A DNA stretch of 63,622 nucleotides, the filler included, from Platydemus manokwari (lineage: Eukaryota): the NCBI GenBank assembly GCA_037951405.1. It is 6 parts of 6 records of this genome, joined end to end, with 100 filler letters (N's around TTAATTAATTAA, not from the genome) between each part and the next. Parts side by side here need not be neighbours in the genome. Positions count along the whole stretch, not along the records: positions 12,332 to 24,264 come from JBBMOY010383333.1; positions 24,365 to 33,497 come from JBBMOY011294984.1; 4 more parts are not named here. One strand, given 5' to 3'. The position numbers and the translations under genes are program-made. Positions 14,927 to 27,185 of this stretch are shown here, one piece after another. Under the pieces are notes generated by a model. That model did not search any database. It was not told the DNA's origin and saw nothing but the letters and a program-made list of their open reading frames with translations. Each line of letters starts with the position of its first letter. The first letter of the stretch is position 1.

Positions 14927-17305
14927 TTAACAATGATTATTCCAATATGGAATATCAGAAATGGAATTATTCATAGAATTATTGATTTGTTGATAATTAG
15001 ATTGATAAATTGTATACGGATTATGAAGAGAATACTGTTGTCTAGTTTCGAAAATGTCCTTATGCAAATTAATAAAACTCGCGGAAAATTCTTGGAAATT
15101 CATTTCCAGATTATTCATTCGTCGCATGATGTTATTCAGCATCATTGTCAAAGCGGAAATCTGCTGTTCAACACAAGTGACTTTATTCCAGATCATTGAA
15201 TCAGTATTGTCATGGACGTTTTCGAAATGTTTTCGACCGTTGTGTTTAAAATTCGGTGAAGTACAACTTTCTCGATCAATATCATTGAATTGAACATGCT
15301 TATTCGGAGGAATTGTTGCTAGATTTTCTGATGGTTTGTTTGAATAATGATAGCTCTCGTCTTCTGTTGAATTGTTGGAAGAAAATGAATTCAAATCATC
15401 AATATTTACAGTTTTATTATTATTAATGTTATGAAATTTATTGGAATTTTTTAAAATAGCGTCATCACTGTCATTGAAATCTGGAGGAATCTTTTCAAAT
15501 GACATATTATAATGTGCACAATTTACATCATCAGAATGTCGTCCGACTTTAATTTGGTTCTTAAAAGAACTTTGTGAACTACGATCATCTTCCGAATTAC
15601 TTGATGATGATAATTTCGTGTTTTTATTAAGTTTCTGTTCATAATGCCTAATTAATTCATTGGTTTTTGATGAACTCTCACCATCAGGAGAATAAACATA
15701 TTTTTCTCGATCTTCATCAACAATATCAAATTCCGATCTCAAATTGCCATATTTGATCATTCTGGTTTGATTTAACATTTGTTTGTGATCTTTCGCTTGT
15801 GATTCGATTTTCGAACGTTGTCGACGGTCTAAGTAACTTTGCAATGCTGGACCGATGGATTTCTTTTTCTTCTCTTCATTCAAATTGATTATCGATTTCA
15901 AATCAGGTTTGGATTGATGATTATCGATTTCATGAGAATATCCAGTGGAGATTTTGGATTTTTTGGTGTTATTTTCTAACGGTTTCATTTGAGAATATAA
16001 CTTTGATTTTAAAATTTCTATATTTTCTGGAGATTCTGTTCTTTCACCAGCAATAAAAGGTCGGATTTCGATTTTTTCTATTTTAGTATTGTTATTATTG
16101 ATGGGAATATTGGTTTTTTCGAATCCATATATCAGATATTGCATTTGTGAACTATTATTGGAAAGTAATTGTTGAGCTTGACGAAAATATTCATGATTAT
16201 CAACAGTATTATCGTGTTCATCACCATCATCATTGTTATTATTATTCTCTTGATGAGTAATTAAATTTATTGTATTGATAGGAATACTTACAGTACTGAA
16301 TTGGGACCCCACATCATTGGAAATGGTATCGTTAGTGATAGATAATATATGATTATCCTTTATCATTCGAGATATTTCATTTCGCATAACTGAATTGATC
16401 ACCAATTTACGAACAGCCGGATATAGTAATTGGATTTTTTGAAATTGTTTTTCATAAACTGAGACAAAGATTTTTTTGTTATCATCAATCTTTGATTCTT
16501 CTTTTATATTATTATTATTATTATCATCGGGAGAGATCATAATATTACTTTTTGCAGATAAATATATACTAATGCTCGAAACAGAGGTTTTCGTTGATTC
16601 TGACATTGAATCCATATTTACATCGATTCCGAATAAAGTGTCTTCACAGTGCTCCGTATTGATTGTGCGTGTATCAGAAGTATCATCTGTCAAAAACTTT
16701 TGTCTTGGTAGAGGCTCAGGTATATTTTCAGAGGTTATTGTGGTCAATTTAGAGGAAATACTTTGAGAACTAATCAATTTAAAAGAATTTCTTTTGTCAT
16801 TTATTTCGATAAGTGAGTTTTGTAAACTGCGACATTCAATATATAAATTGTTTAATAAACGACTTGCACTTCGTTCGTTGATCTTCTTCATGATAGCTTT
16901 TTTATTATTATGATTATTTCGTATTTTGTTAATATCCTCCTTGTATTTAGAAATTAAACGAAATGGTTTTGATTTATCAGATGGACTTAAAATGGAGATT
17001 TTGGATTGATTTGTCGATAATTTATCAGCAATTATTTTTCGTTTTAAAACCGACAATCTATTTTCATCATAAATGTTATGATCAACGAGATTTGATAATG
17101 ATTGAAGTTTTGTTAAACATTTCACATCATCGGACAATAAATGATTCTTGGTGGATTTCTTATGAGAATGTGGCAATGAACGACTTGATAATTTCCGAAT
17201 AGGTAGTCGACAACAATTCGAAATACCAATAAGGTTGTTCGAACACTGAATATCGTAAACGAAATCTTTCATAAATAATGGTTTTCTTATTTCATTACAA
17301 GACAT
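14927..17305 (-). CDS. Uncharacterised, mostly disordered Asn/Ser-rich protein of about 792 aa, with C-terminal coiled coil and RVxF-like motif
   Basis: 2.4-kb stop-free ORF in very AT-rich DNA (first ATG 17305; the track starts at TTG 17311); heptad-like KVTCVEQQISALTMMLNNIMRRMNNLEMNF; KHVQF at 15287-15301. No family recognised; upstream exons not excluded. Confidence 0.75.
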   Translation of the reverse strand: MSCNEIRKPLFMKDFVYDIQCSNNLIGISNCCRLPIRKLSSRSLPHSHKKSTKNHLLSDDVKCLTKLQSLSNLVDHNIYDENRLSVLKRKIIADKLSTNQSKISILSPSDKSKPFRLISKYKEDINKIRNNHNNKKAIMKKINERSASRLLNNLYIECRSLQNSLIEINDKRNSFKLISSQSISSKLTTITSENIPEPLPRQKFLTDDTSDTRTINTEHCEDTLFGIDVNMDSMSESTKTSVSSISIYLSAKSNIMISPDDNNNNNIKEESKIDDNKKIFVSVYEKQFQKIQLLYPAVRKLVINSVMRNEISRMIKDNHILSITNDTISNDVGSQFSTVSIPINTINLITHQENNNNNDDGDEHDNTVDNHEYFRQAQQLLSNNSSQMQYLIYGFEKTNIPINNNNTKIEKIEIRPFIAGERTESPENIEILKSKLYSQMKPLENNTKKSKISTGYSHEIDNHQSKPDLKSIINLNEEKKKKSIGPALQSYLDRRQRSKIESQAKDHKQMLNQTRMIKYGNLRSEFDIVDEDREKYVYSPDGESSSKTNELIRHYEQKLNKNTKLSSSSNSEDDRSSQSSFKNQIKVGRHSDDVNCAHYNMSFEKIPPDFNDSDDAILKNSNKFHNINNNKTVNIDDLNSFSSNNSTEDESYHYSNKPSENLATIPPNKHVQFNDIDRESCTSPNFKHNGRKHFENVHDNTDSMIWNKVTCVEQQISALTMMLNNIMRRMNNLEMNFQEFSASFINLHKDIFETRQQYSLHNPYTIYQSNYQQINNSMNNSISDIPYWNNHC

Positions 17306-17522
17306 TGTCAACTATTGCGATCAATATTATTCAATAATTATATTTTTCTATTTTAGGAGATTAATTGTATTTTTAAATTTTAACTTCAATGACATTGATC
17401 TATATCAAATATCACTAAATAAAATTTGCTAGATTTATGACATAAAATTCATTATGACAATCTTTTTGTTTTAAAATGTCTAAACCAACAACCCTTTGAA
17501 TTATCAGAATATATTAAACATT

Positions 17523-18104
17523 GGATTAAGTTAAGAAAAAGGATCCTTTGACCTACTTTTGTAATAATGAATTTTATAACTTAATTTTATATATATTTAC
17601 GATGTCTGATTTATTCGTAAAATTCAGTTAATATCTCACTTTTTAGGATGTCTAATAGGGACAAAACAGTTTAAAACCAAGCTATTATTCCAATCACAAC
17701 GCTTCTATATGATTATTTAAGTTTTTAAATTTAAATTTTTTAATTATAAATGAAATTTATTAACTACATACATGTTTAATAATATCATTGCTAATTTTTA
17801 AAAATAATTGTAAAAACTGTGAGTATCTCTTAACTTGTTTCTAATGTTAAAAATTGGTCGTCAACTAATTTTCAATAAATTGCAATTCGACCTACTTGGA
17901 TCCATTTATCAAATAATAAAATTTGATGGGATTTTCAGGCTCTAGTGTATTTAATATTTCAAAAAACTAAAATTCTTCTTAAGTACTTAAATAACAAATT
18001 CGAAATGTTTTTAAAGAAAGTTTTTAAATAAACAATATCGATTTTTGCAATACTGTTAACAAATTAAAAATTTTATTTTAGGACCCCTTTTTATAACTTT
18101 ATCC
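17523..18104 (+). mobile_element. Merlin-related MITE (about 580 bp)
   Basis: Left end ggattaagttaagaaaaaggatcc and right end (reverse complement ggataaagttataaaaaggggtcc) form imperfect TIRs that resemble the Merlin terminus at 13633-13663; second copy at 41901-42461. Confidence 0.7.
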
Positions 18105-18395
18105 ATTTTCTCAAACTATATCAGTTATAAATGGAATCTCAGTTATAAATATTTAAAAAAAATATCCACTAACAAGATAATATGAAGTAATAAACAATTA
18201 AATCTATTTAATTATATAATTAAAAAAAACCACTCGATCGATAATAATTGAAAATCCGTATCAAATTGCCAATCAAATGTTTATTTCAATATATTTTGAC
18301 AGTAACTAATCAATAAAAAATGCAAATAAAAATTGACATAGATATAAGCTGTATTGAATAATCGTTGAGCACAATCTAAATCGAATAAATCAATA

Positions 18396-21300
18396 TTATT
18401 CTAGATCGGCTAATGATTTCAATTCGTCCATCCGTTTACTGAATACTTCAAAAATGCCCGGGTGTTCAGAAAAGACATACTAAAAAATAAATCATTAATC
18501 ACAGAGATAATATATAATATATAAGATAATATATACATATATATAAGATAATATTTATAAGATAATATATATACGATAATATTGCTTGTATGATTGTTGT
18601 ATTAAAATATCATTGGCAATAATGATATCGATATATCGATATTGATATTATTTATTATTAAATATGCCTCTCAAATCAATAAATGATAAAATCATTCATA
18701 CAAATGATGACTGTGAAGAGTATCGCACATTTATAATAAAATATTTTTGAAATTATTATTAAATAGCAAATGATGAATTGGCGAGAAATATAAGCGCATA
18801 TATTGGCATTCAATATCATATTGTTATTTCAAATCCACACATTTTATAAATGGGAAATCTTGTTAATCGAATATGACAAACACAATCAATTTTCATTTTA
18901 TTCGATCAATTAATGGCTAGCAAAATCAAAAATTAATAAATATAAAAATGATGACATTTTAGTCAATATATTGAAATGGTGCACATTATAATATAATTAA
19001 TTGATATGACAGCTGATTATATTTATTATAATCAAATATTTCAGTAATAATAATGGCTAGCAAATTAAAAATTAATAAAAATATTGATAAATATAAAAAT
19101 GATGACATTTTAGTCAATATATTGAGATGGTGTACATTATAATATAATTAATTGATATGACAGCTGATTATATTTATCACAATCAAATATTCCAACAATA
19201 ATAATGACAACACAGATTAATTAAAATTGATATGTGCGGATATATTTATTGATATCAATGAAAACATGATAAATTGTCTCCCCCTCCCAAAACATAACTA
19301 CTGATATTATCAAGTCGATTATAAATTATTTTTGATGACTGAGCGATTATCTTCATCCTATTGCGTAACACGGTTCCAGTTGAATGCTTATCCCCATCAA
19401 ATACATTTTGTAAAATAACTATTGGAATCAATGATGAATGAAAACCAAATAGAATCAAGCGCATAACATTGTTAGTATGAGCTCACAGGCCTATATAAAT
19501 ATGTCCATGCATAAATATCTGCTCCATTATATATATTGTATAAGCCTATATGACTGTCAGTTAACAGATGTCTTCTATCAATGAATATCGAAGATCAAAT
19601 CATATCAATTATCAAATATCATTCATAAATATAATCATTAATCATATTTTTATCAATTCAAACATATCAAATCTCTCAATGTTTAAGTTGCTCAGAGTGG
19701 AACGTGTTATGCCATATGTTACGTAATCGGGTGGTTTTGGATAATATAGCCAAGAAGCGAATCCATCTATTTTAGGAACTTATAGAAGCGGAAAAGGCAT
19801 TGCTGAATACCCTGTTTTTAATGTAATATAAGGCTGTACTGGGTATTGCGTAATCAAGCCATATCGTTAAATGGGGACAGTTTTTTTTTAAACAATCGAA
19901 TCAAATTTACTTCATTATTAATATTAAAATGAATAAAAACAAATAAATGGAGGATTGATGAAATAAAAACCGATATTATAACAATTGGGACTGTGTAACA
20001 TGTTGCGTAACATATTTTGTGATATGTTTGGAAATAATAATAATTATTATTATTATTAAAAATATTATAATAATCAATAATAATAATAATACAATAAATA
20101 TCAACACAACATTACCGGCATCTCAGATTTGAAGTTTGTTTCACACAAAACCCTTGCCAACACCATGACAACATGGCGAATATCTTCAACATCCAAACCG
20201 GTCACAAATTGAATCAATGGGATCCATGATTGTTCCAATGTCTCGTGTCGACAACTTACTTTCATCGCCAAACAATATGAAGCCGAAGCTATAATATGTG
20301 CTGGATGTCCGGCTAATTCATAGCTTTGAAGGCACACTTCCATCAAACATTTGGCTATTAGATGACTTACTTGTTCTCTCTGAATACCATTGATATTATT
20401 TGCCATAAATTATCATTTCATTATTATTGTACTTGTTTCATTATAGTTAAAGGTCGGAGAAACAAAATCGGAGTGGGAGCACCGAGATAGAAGTCAATAA
20501 CGTTGAGGATTTCAATTTCAAATTGATGAATAATTTTTTCATCCTTGATTCGAGAAACAGCACAAACATCCTCAATGGATGGATATTCCAGTAAATCCCA
20601 TTTACAAGCAATAAACCAACTGGTTATCACAATATATTTATATGCTTTCGCATCAAATGATTTGCCTTTCGCCTAAATAAATATAATCATTAAAATTGTT
20701 ATATCAATAAAATAACCTTGATATATCTGTCAAGGATTGCCATGCCACTCGCAACTGAATAACGATCGATTGCCAATTCTTCTACAATTTTAAACAACCA
20801 ACTAACAGCCTCGCTACGTTGTTTCGCGGTTATGTTAGTGCCGGATAAGAAATTATTTCCAAGTGGTAATTGTCGACATTCCAATTCTTGCATATAATCT
20901 AATATTTCCAAAACCATAATATCACCAGTTTCAGTGTCAAACGCTACGCAAGATATATTATTTGCATATTCATCTAATTGGTCTACCGTTAGACTACGAT
21001 TTAGATTACGTCGAAACAATACATCTTCATGAAATTTTCGGGCAACATTTTCATTGCAAAGATCTGCTGATGAAGGTAAATAATATTGGCAATTTTGAGA
21101 ATCATCGTGAATAGATATCATGGAAACGTCACGTTCTAGATCGTCGTTTTGCTTTGGTTCTTCAATCTTAGAATGCAACTGTAAATATTGTTTTTCATTA
21201 ACATTTGTCTGTCCTACAAACAATTTTGTATTCACAATATTTGACATGTTTCGATTGGCATCTTTCAATAAATTAGTTTTAAAGTTTCCTTTATCATATG

Positions 21301-21397
21301 GAATTTGTTTTAGGATATTAGTCGCATTAATCTAAATAAAGTAAATACATTTTTCGAAATTTATTTTACTAACTACTCGCAAATAAGAATTTTCCAT
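18396..21397 (-). CDS. Divergent cyclin A/B-family protein, 5 exons, about 408 aa
   Basis: Exons 21374-21397, 20717-21331, 20433-20672, 20116-20379, 18396-18479, joined in frame by GT-AG introns of 42, 44, 53 and about 1640 nt. Cyclin box: ILDYMQELE..NFLSGTNITAKQRSEAVSWL..ILDRYI..FIACKWD..FEIEILNVIDFYLGAPTPILFL; second fold AKCLMEVCL..PAHIIASAS. Terminal exons are less certain. Confidence 0.85.
18910..19205 (+). repeat. Tandem duplication (two units of about 140-155 bp) in cyclin intron 4
   Basis: taatggctagcaaa...aaatgatgacattttagtcaatatattga...gacagctgattatattta occurs twice. Confidence 0.85.
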
Positions 21398-24264
21398 TAC
21401 CAATTTTATTTGTATAATTTATAATTAGAACTTTTAAATTATACAAAATTTAAACAAATTACAAATAAAGAACTCAGCATAAAACAAGGAGTGTTGTATT
21501 TGACTCTTATTATAATATTTTTATTTGTTTTTATTTAATTATAAATCTTAATTATGGAAATAGATTTGTATATAATATAAAATGCAAAAATTTTAAATAT
21601 TAGACCAAATAATTTGCTTGCAACTTAACCCCTTAACCCAAATTGAACAAATGAAAAAAATTGAATTTTTGTTAGCCTTATATTTTTAATAAAAACATTT
21701 TTATTTTCAGTAATTATGAAATCAAGTTTGAAAATATTCAATTTAAATTATGTTTTGCTTATAAATAATAATGATTTTTACTCGAAATCAAAACAGGTTA
21801 AAAACGTAGTTATTTATGATATAGCCTTTCAACAATTATATATATTTGTAAAATACACTCACAGATGTCTATTGGAATCAATGTGCGATTTTTATTATTC
21901 CACTGTTCTCATAAACTTCAACATGTTAATTTTTAATTACGATATGATTCGTGACGAACGTTGAATTTATTTATCGGTGTATAATGTGAAATGTAGCCAT
22001 AAGTACATCTCAGCTTCATTAACCGGTTTAATTCTATAATTTTTAAAAACTAGTCTTTAGTTTTATCAAAACTGAAACCAAAATTTTGATGCATAAAAAT
22101 GAAACTGACGGAAAAGTAAAAGACATTAAATTAAATAATGTATTATAGAATTAACATAAAAACACAATAAATAATAGCTATAATAAATTTAATGAATTAG
22201 AAAATCATATTGTCTCACATCAAAATTAGGCCTATATAAACCCATGGTAATCAATTATAGAAAACATAAGCAGAATAAAAGAAACTCCACAAAATATGCT
22301 CAATAGTCAAATCATATTCATCTCGGAGGGTGTAGTAGCATTAATTATATTTTTATAAATAGTCTTTTCTTTTAGCTATAAGATGACTTTAGTTAAATCC
22401 AATTTTGGAATAAATATTATTTCATTCATTCAATATTTATTAGTAAAATTTTTATTTAATAAGTTTTTTACGAATAAAACAGACCATAACAATACTTACA
22501 GTGGCTTTTGCAATCATCTATAGAATTCTGTTTAGAACTCTTAGTATTTTGATCTTCCTTCATCACTTCCTTAATTACATGCTTGATCTCTTGTTAAAGT
22601 ATGGTTTTTGTTATTTTGAAGTTCATTTGAAGTTTATGTCATCGAGCAAGTGAGTGTAGTCTCTAATCCAGTCTTGGTGTTGGATGACATCGTTTCTCTT
22701 GTTCCACTGGTTGTTATGTACATGGTTGGATAACATATTTAAAGCCAAATAGGCATTGATTAATTGTTTGGCGTAATGTTTATCATCTACATGAATTAAA
22801 GTAGATTTATTATTTTGATAATAAATTCTGTTTAAAGTATTGGAAATAATTTTGTGACCATTTTTTGAAATCAATCCTTTAAAACTAATCCATCGTCTCC
22901 CTCAGCTCCAAAGTTTGTGTTCAGATTTATTATTTTATTCAGTCGATTGCTATAAATCCTTGATGGATAGAAATCATAACAAGAGTAATTTCTTCTTTGT
23001 TATTATTGTTACTTTTATCCTTTGTTATCTTTATCTTGTTACCTTTGTCATCAAAATTTTATCGATAAACTTTTATACAAATTATTATTTAATTTTCAAA
23101 ATGGGGCAACATATTTTTGAAGTCTAATCTCTTCTTTATAATAATTAATCGTTTTGAGAATGCTTTTATAATTAGAACTTCAATCACCAACAGATTATAT
23201 TTCACAATTCTTCTTAGTCCTAGTAGCTGACCAATTTACTCTAGCCTCATAAGCTTTCTCAGCAAGCTGATGCACAAATTTTACTACATATTTACCATGC
23301 TTTTTTTAATTATTAAATATTGCAAAAAGGTGTCTGATATTAACAGTATTAGTACTAGATAGGTCAAACAGTTCAAGCTTTTTCAATTTTTCATGGTTTT
23401 GGTAAACTCATCATACAGTTGATTTTTTTTATCTTGGCGTTCCACTAAAATAAAAAGGAAAGCTGAGTGTACATTTTTTGAAATGACAAGTAAAAGCTAG
23501 CAAACTACCATATAAATACTAAAACCGGTATTTCTAACAATTTTAATTACAAAGTGAGTATCGCGTAAATCAATGAGCTAGTAGATTACACTTTCCAACT
23601 ATATTAAAAGCATCATTTTAATTTACAGAATTTCGCAAATTTTTTTTATGATTATTCATTTCTAAAGTTCCTTTAATTTAATCTCATAATTCATTTATAA
23701 ATTTGCTATCACAAGCTTTATCTTTAGAAGTAATCATTTCTCTAACTTATCGTTTCCTAAAATATTTCCAAATTTATCACTCTGAATTATTTGAGACATT
23801 TTATAAGGGGATTTAGAAGATGCAATATCTTAGTCGAATTTATTGAATTTTATCATACATATAATCAATAATTTAATTAAATTTCATTCAAATATCTTAA
23901 CAATATAAAGCATACATTGATAATTTAACACATAAATCTCCATCAGTTTGAACTTGAATTTTATCTTATTAAATATTTTTATATCGAAGAGTGCTGACGT
24001 TTCTTCTTTGAAAAATCCACAAAGATCAAGATAAATGCTGTAAAATATGTCTTATGAATACGATGAGAACCATTATCTGTTGAAGTTTTTCAATTCATAA
24101 TAATACAGATTTTATTTGATGTTGTTATGCGTTTAAATTTGTTGGTAGCTGATAACTTTGTTAGTTTAATTCTCATTATAATCTTTATTTTTAAATTTAA
24201 ATCATTAGCAATATCTTTAAAATCAAAATAGTGGTTTTCTGAATTCTATATTTAGAAAGAAAAT

Positions 24265-24364
24265 NNNNNNNNNNNNNNNNNNNNNNNNNNNNNNNNNNNN
24301 NNNNNNNNTTAATTAATTAANNNNNNNNNNNNNNNNNNNNNNNNNNNNNNNNNNNNNNNNNNNN
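24265..24364. other. Artificial contig-joining spacer
   Basis: Same N44-TTAATTAATTAA-N44 structure. Confidence 0.97.
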
Positions 24365-24619
24365 TAATTATTCTTATATTAATAAAATGCTATTGAATTT
24401 CGTCAGAAAATAATTTTAATATTTTTGTATTTAATAAACGGTCTTAATGAAAAGCTTAAGAAAGTCCTGATAGTTCTTTAAAAATATCAAAAATTTTAAA
24501 ATACATTTTCATTTTATTTTTCTGAGCTTGTTTAAAAGTTATCATTTTGCAAAATTTTTTAAATTGTAATAAATTGTAACTCAGTCGAAATTAATTTTTA
24601 TTAATTAAAAAAATTTGTA

Positions 24620-25298
24620 ATGAATTTTATAATTCGATCTCTTCCACCATCTTGCAATTCTTTTGACATAATGGAACTTTTTAAACCATTTGGGAACGTT
24701 GGAAATTCACAAATTGTTGATGGTATAGGTTATGTTGTAAGACTTTTTGTTTAGCGCTAAAGGATTTCTAATTATGTGCTATTAAGACTTTGATGTCAAA
24801 AGAAAGTGGTATTCAAGCTATGAATACTCTTAGAAATCCTTATTTAAAAGGAAGACGTGTATTTATAGAGGTAGATAACACTCCTGTTAATGATCCCCGA
24901 CATAATTATCAAGATAATTTACAAACTCCCTACAACAGCTGGGGCGATCCATCCAGAGATGTAGGTAGATCAAATGAATATGGTATGATGCAAGGTAGAA
25001 ACATACATCCTGAATCTGATCATTGGGAACAAATTCAAAATATATCCGATTATAATTCAAATGGTTCTCGATTAGAAGAGTATTTTATTTGTTAAATGAA
25101 ATTTTGTTAACAATATCTCACAGTATGCAACCAGAATCGTACGTTTATGTTGATCCACATGGTTACTCACGAGATCCAACAATGCGTCCAGCTCCAGAAT
25201 ATTATTACAGGTTTCGATTGAAAATGAATGACAAATAAGTTTAAATATACATTTTTAGAATTAAATTGCTGGATTCGAAATCAAGACTATCAATGTGA
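24620..25298 (+). CDS. Small RRM RNA-binding protein, 4 exons, about 178 aa
   Basis: Exons 24620-24736, 24787-25079, 25124-25210, 25259-25298 (introns 50, 44, 48 nt, GT-AG, in frame). FIIRSLP (RNP2-like)..ELFKPFGNV..DGIGYVTL (RNP1-like)..AMNTLRNPYLKGRRVFIEV, then a Y/P/G/N-rich tail. Confidence 0.8.
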
Positions 25299-26234
25299 AA
25301 TAATCGATTTTTTAATGTTAATAAATAATAATTATTTTTTGTTCCTAAAGACATTATTATATCTGATTCCAGTTTTGATTTTATTCTTGCTAATATTGTT
25401 ATTTTTATATTTTGGCCTATTATTATTGATTATCAAATTTTGAAAATACTCGAAGTTGCTATTGTCAAAGAATGTATTTGTTTTGTAATTTATCAACAAG
25501 TTTTTATTTTGGTGAGATATTACATTGTTACCATGTGTGATATAGCATCATAATTTCTCTATATTTGATTGGTTAATGTATTACTTCAACAATTCCAATT
25601 TTAATGGAGTATTGAAGAAATAATAGACGTTTAGACCGAATATGCATACCATATAAACAAATTGTAAAATCAATTTTTATTTAGGTATCACCAATCATGA
25701 ATTTTTGCAATATCAACTTTTATTCTGGATTAGATTTGAATATTTCGACCGAAACTAGTTGTAATCATTTATGGAGTTCAGATAGAATATACTTTAAAAA
25801 TTGAAATACATATCTTTACAATGATTTTTAATCTACATAAAATCACAATGAAAGATAATATAATAAATACACATACATTCACTTATGGCCTTGTTGAGCA
25901 TCATCAATAATCCGAAACATATTGGTAAACATTCGAATTGTACTGGATAGTCAAGCGGCCAGCTTGACAAACTCAGTCTTCTATTTATCCCGTATTTCAT
26001 TTGAAATTCTTTGTATTTCCATATTTCATGATCTTATATGTAATTCTTGTAGCCACTGACATTCATTTTTGTAGGTATTTATTTTTTGTTCTCCTTACGC
26101 GGTTGCGCGTTTAATTATCTCCGATTATCTCTTGTTGAATGACTCATTGTCAAGGTGAAAGCATTTTAAATCAATAAATGTTTTATTATCAAATTTTGTT
26201 TTCTCGTATAATTGTAGCTCTTTTCTATGTGCTC

Positions 26235-27185
26235 CAGTTTTAAATCGGCCTAACTACATCCAGAGCATTATTTGTGCCTACAGATTTCTAACAAGTTCGG
26301 ATCATCAATTTAGGTTATTTATCATCAAATACCTAACCAACCTGATCAACTACAGACTCAACGAAGCCACTGATTTATCAAGTGCACTCCTCTGGATATT
26401 AGACAAAGTTACATCAGAAAAAAAATCCACTTTCATAAACAAGGGGATCAAGACGAGATTTCCTACAAGAGAAGCTTTAAATTGACTGTGAATTTAACCA
26501 CCGCAATGATCAAACCCAACTAAAATCCACTATCTTTCCAGATAAGATATATTTTTCTCCCAAGAAAGCCGTGGCAAAGTCTCAGATATTATACAATATT
26601 CAGTGTCCATGTCCTTCTTCAACCATTGGTCCACAATGCAGAAGCAATGAAGGCTGTTCAACGGTTTCCCTACTTCTCATATATTGCTAAAGGGACAAAA
26701 GTTTGGATATTTATCCATCATCCAAGCAATAAACACCATAATTTATCAAGACAAACAAATCAACAAATCAGCACAGAAAAAGAAACTAATGCTCGTTTTT
26801 ATTCACTCCCTGGCTGTTCCTAAACTAGCTTCAAAACGTCACACGATAATCCTAGATCATTTAGGAAATTATCTGAAGTCACTCGGCATCGACATGGACA
26901 TCAATGCAACACCACCGGAATCTGCGAGCAAATTACGGCCGCACTTGGTGATCCGAAAAAAACGTCAACCCCACATCATCAACCTCAAGATTCCTTTTGA
27001 TAAAAGCATCAACTTCCAGCATCATCGTTTTCTCAATCATGAGAAATACTGAACCATTTCCAAGGAGATCTGCAGGAAGCTCACCTTTATGTCATCTGCT
27101 TCAGTGTACTTGGGTCATGAGATCTTCACAACGACATGGTTATGTCGATTATTGGACTCGATAAGAATCAAATCACATTTATCTC
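26235..27185 (+). mobile_element. 3' fragment of an RLE-type (NeSL-like) non-LTR retrotransposon, related to 47250-52860
   Basis: SIICAYRFLTSSDHQF parallels SVIGAFRFLTSSDQQF; LASKRHTIILDHLGNYLKSL..KLRPHLVIR..INLKIPFD..EKY parallels the endonuclease of the long copy. Confidence 0.85.

Noticed and set aside
14933-17202. Several plus-strand ORFs of 79-96 aa
   Set aside because: Antisense shadows of the 794-aa ORF.
17513-18114. Target-site duplication around the MITE
   Set aside because: Flanks (attaaacatt / attttctcaa) do not form an 8-9 bp direct repeat, so no TSD is claimed.
21624-21640. ttaaccccttaaccc as telomeric repeat
   Set aside because: Only two imperfect units.
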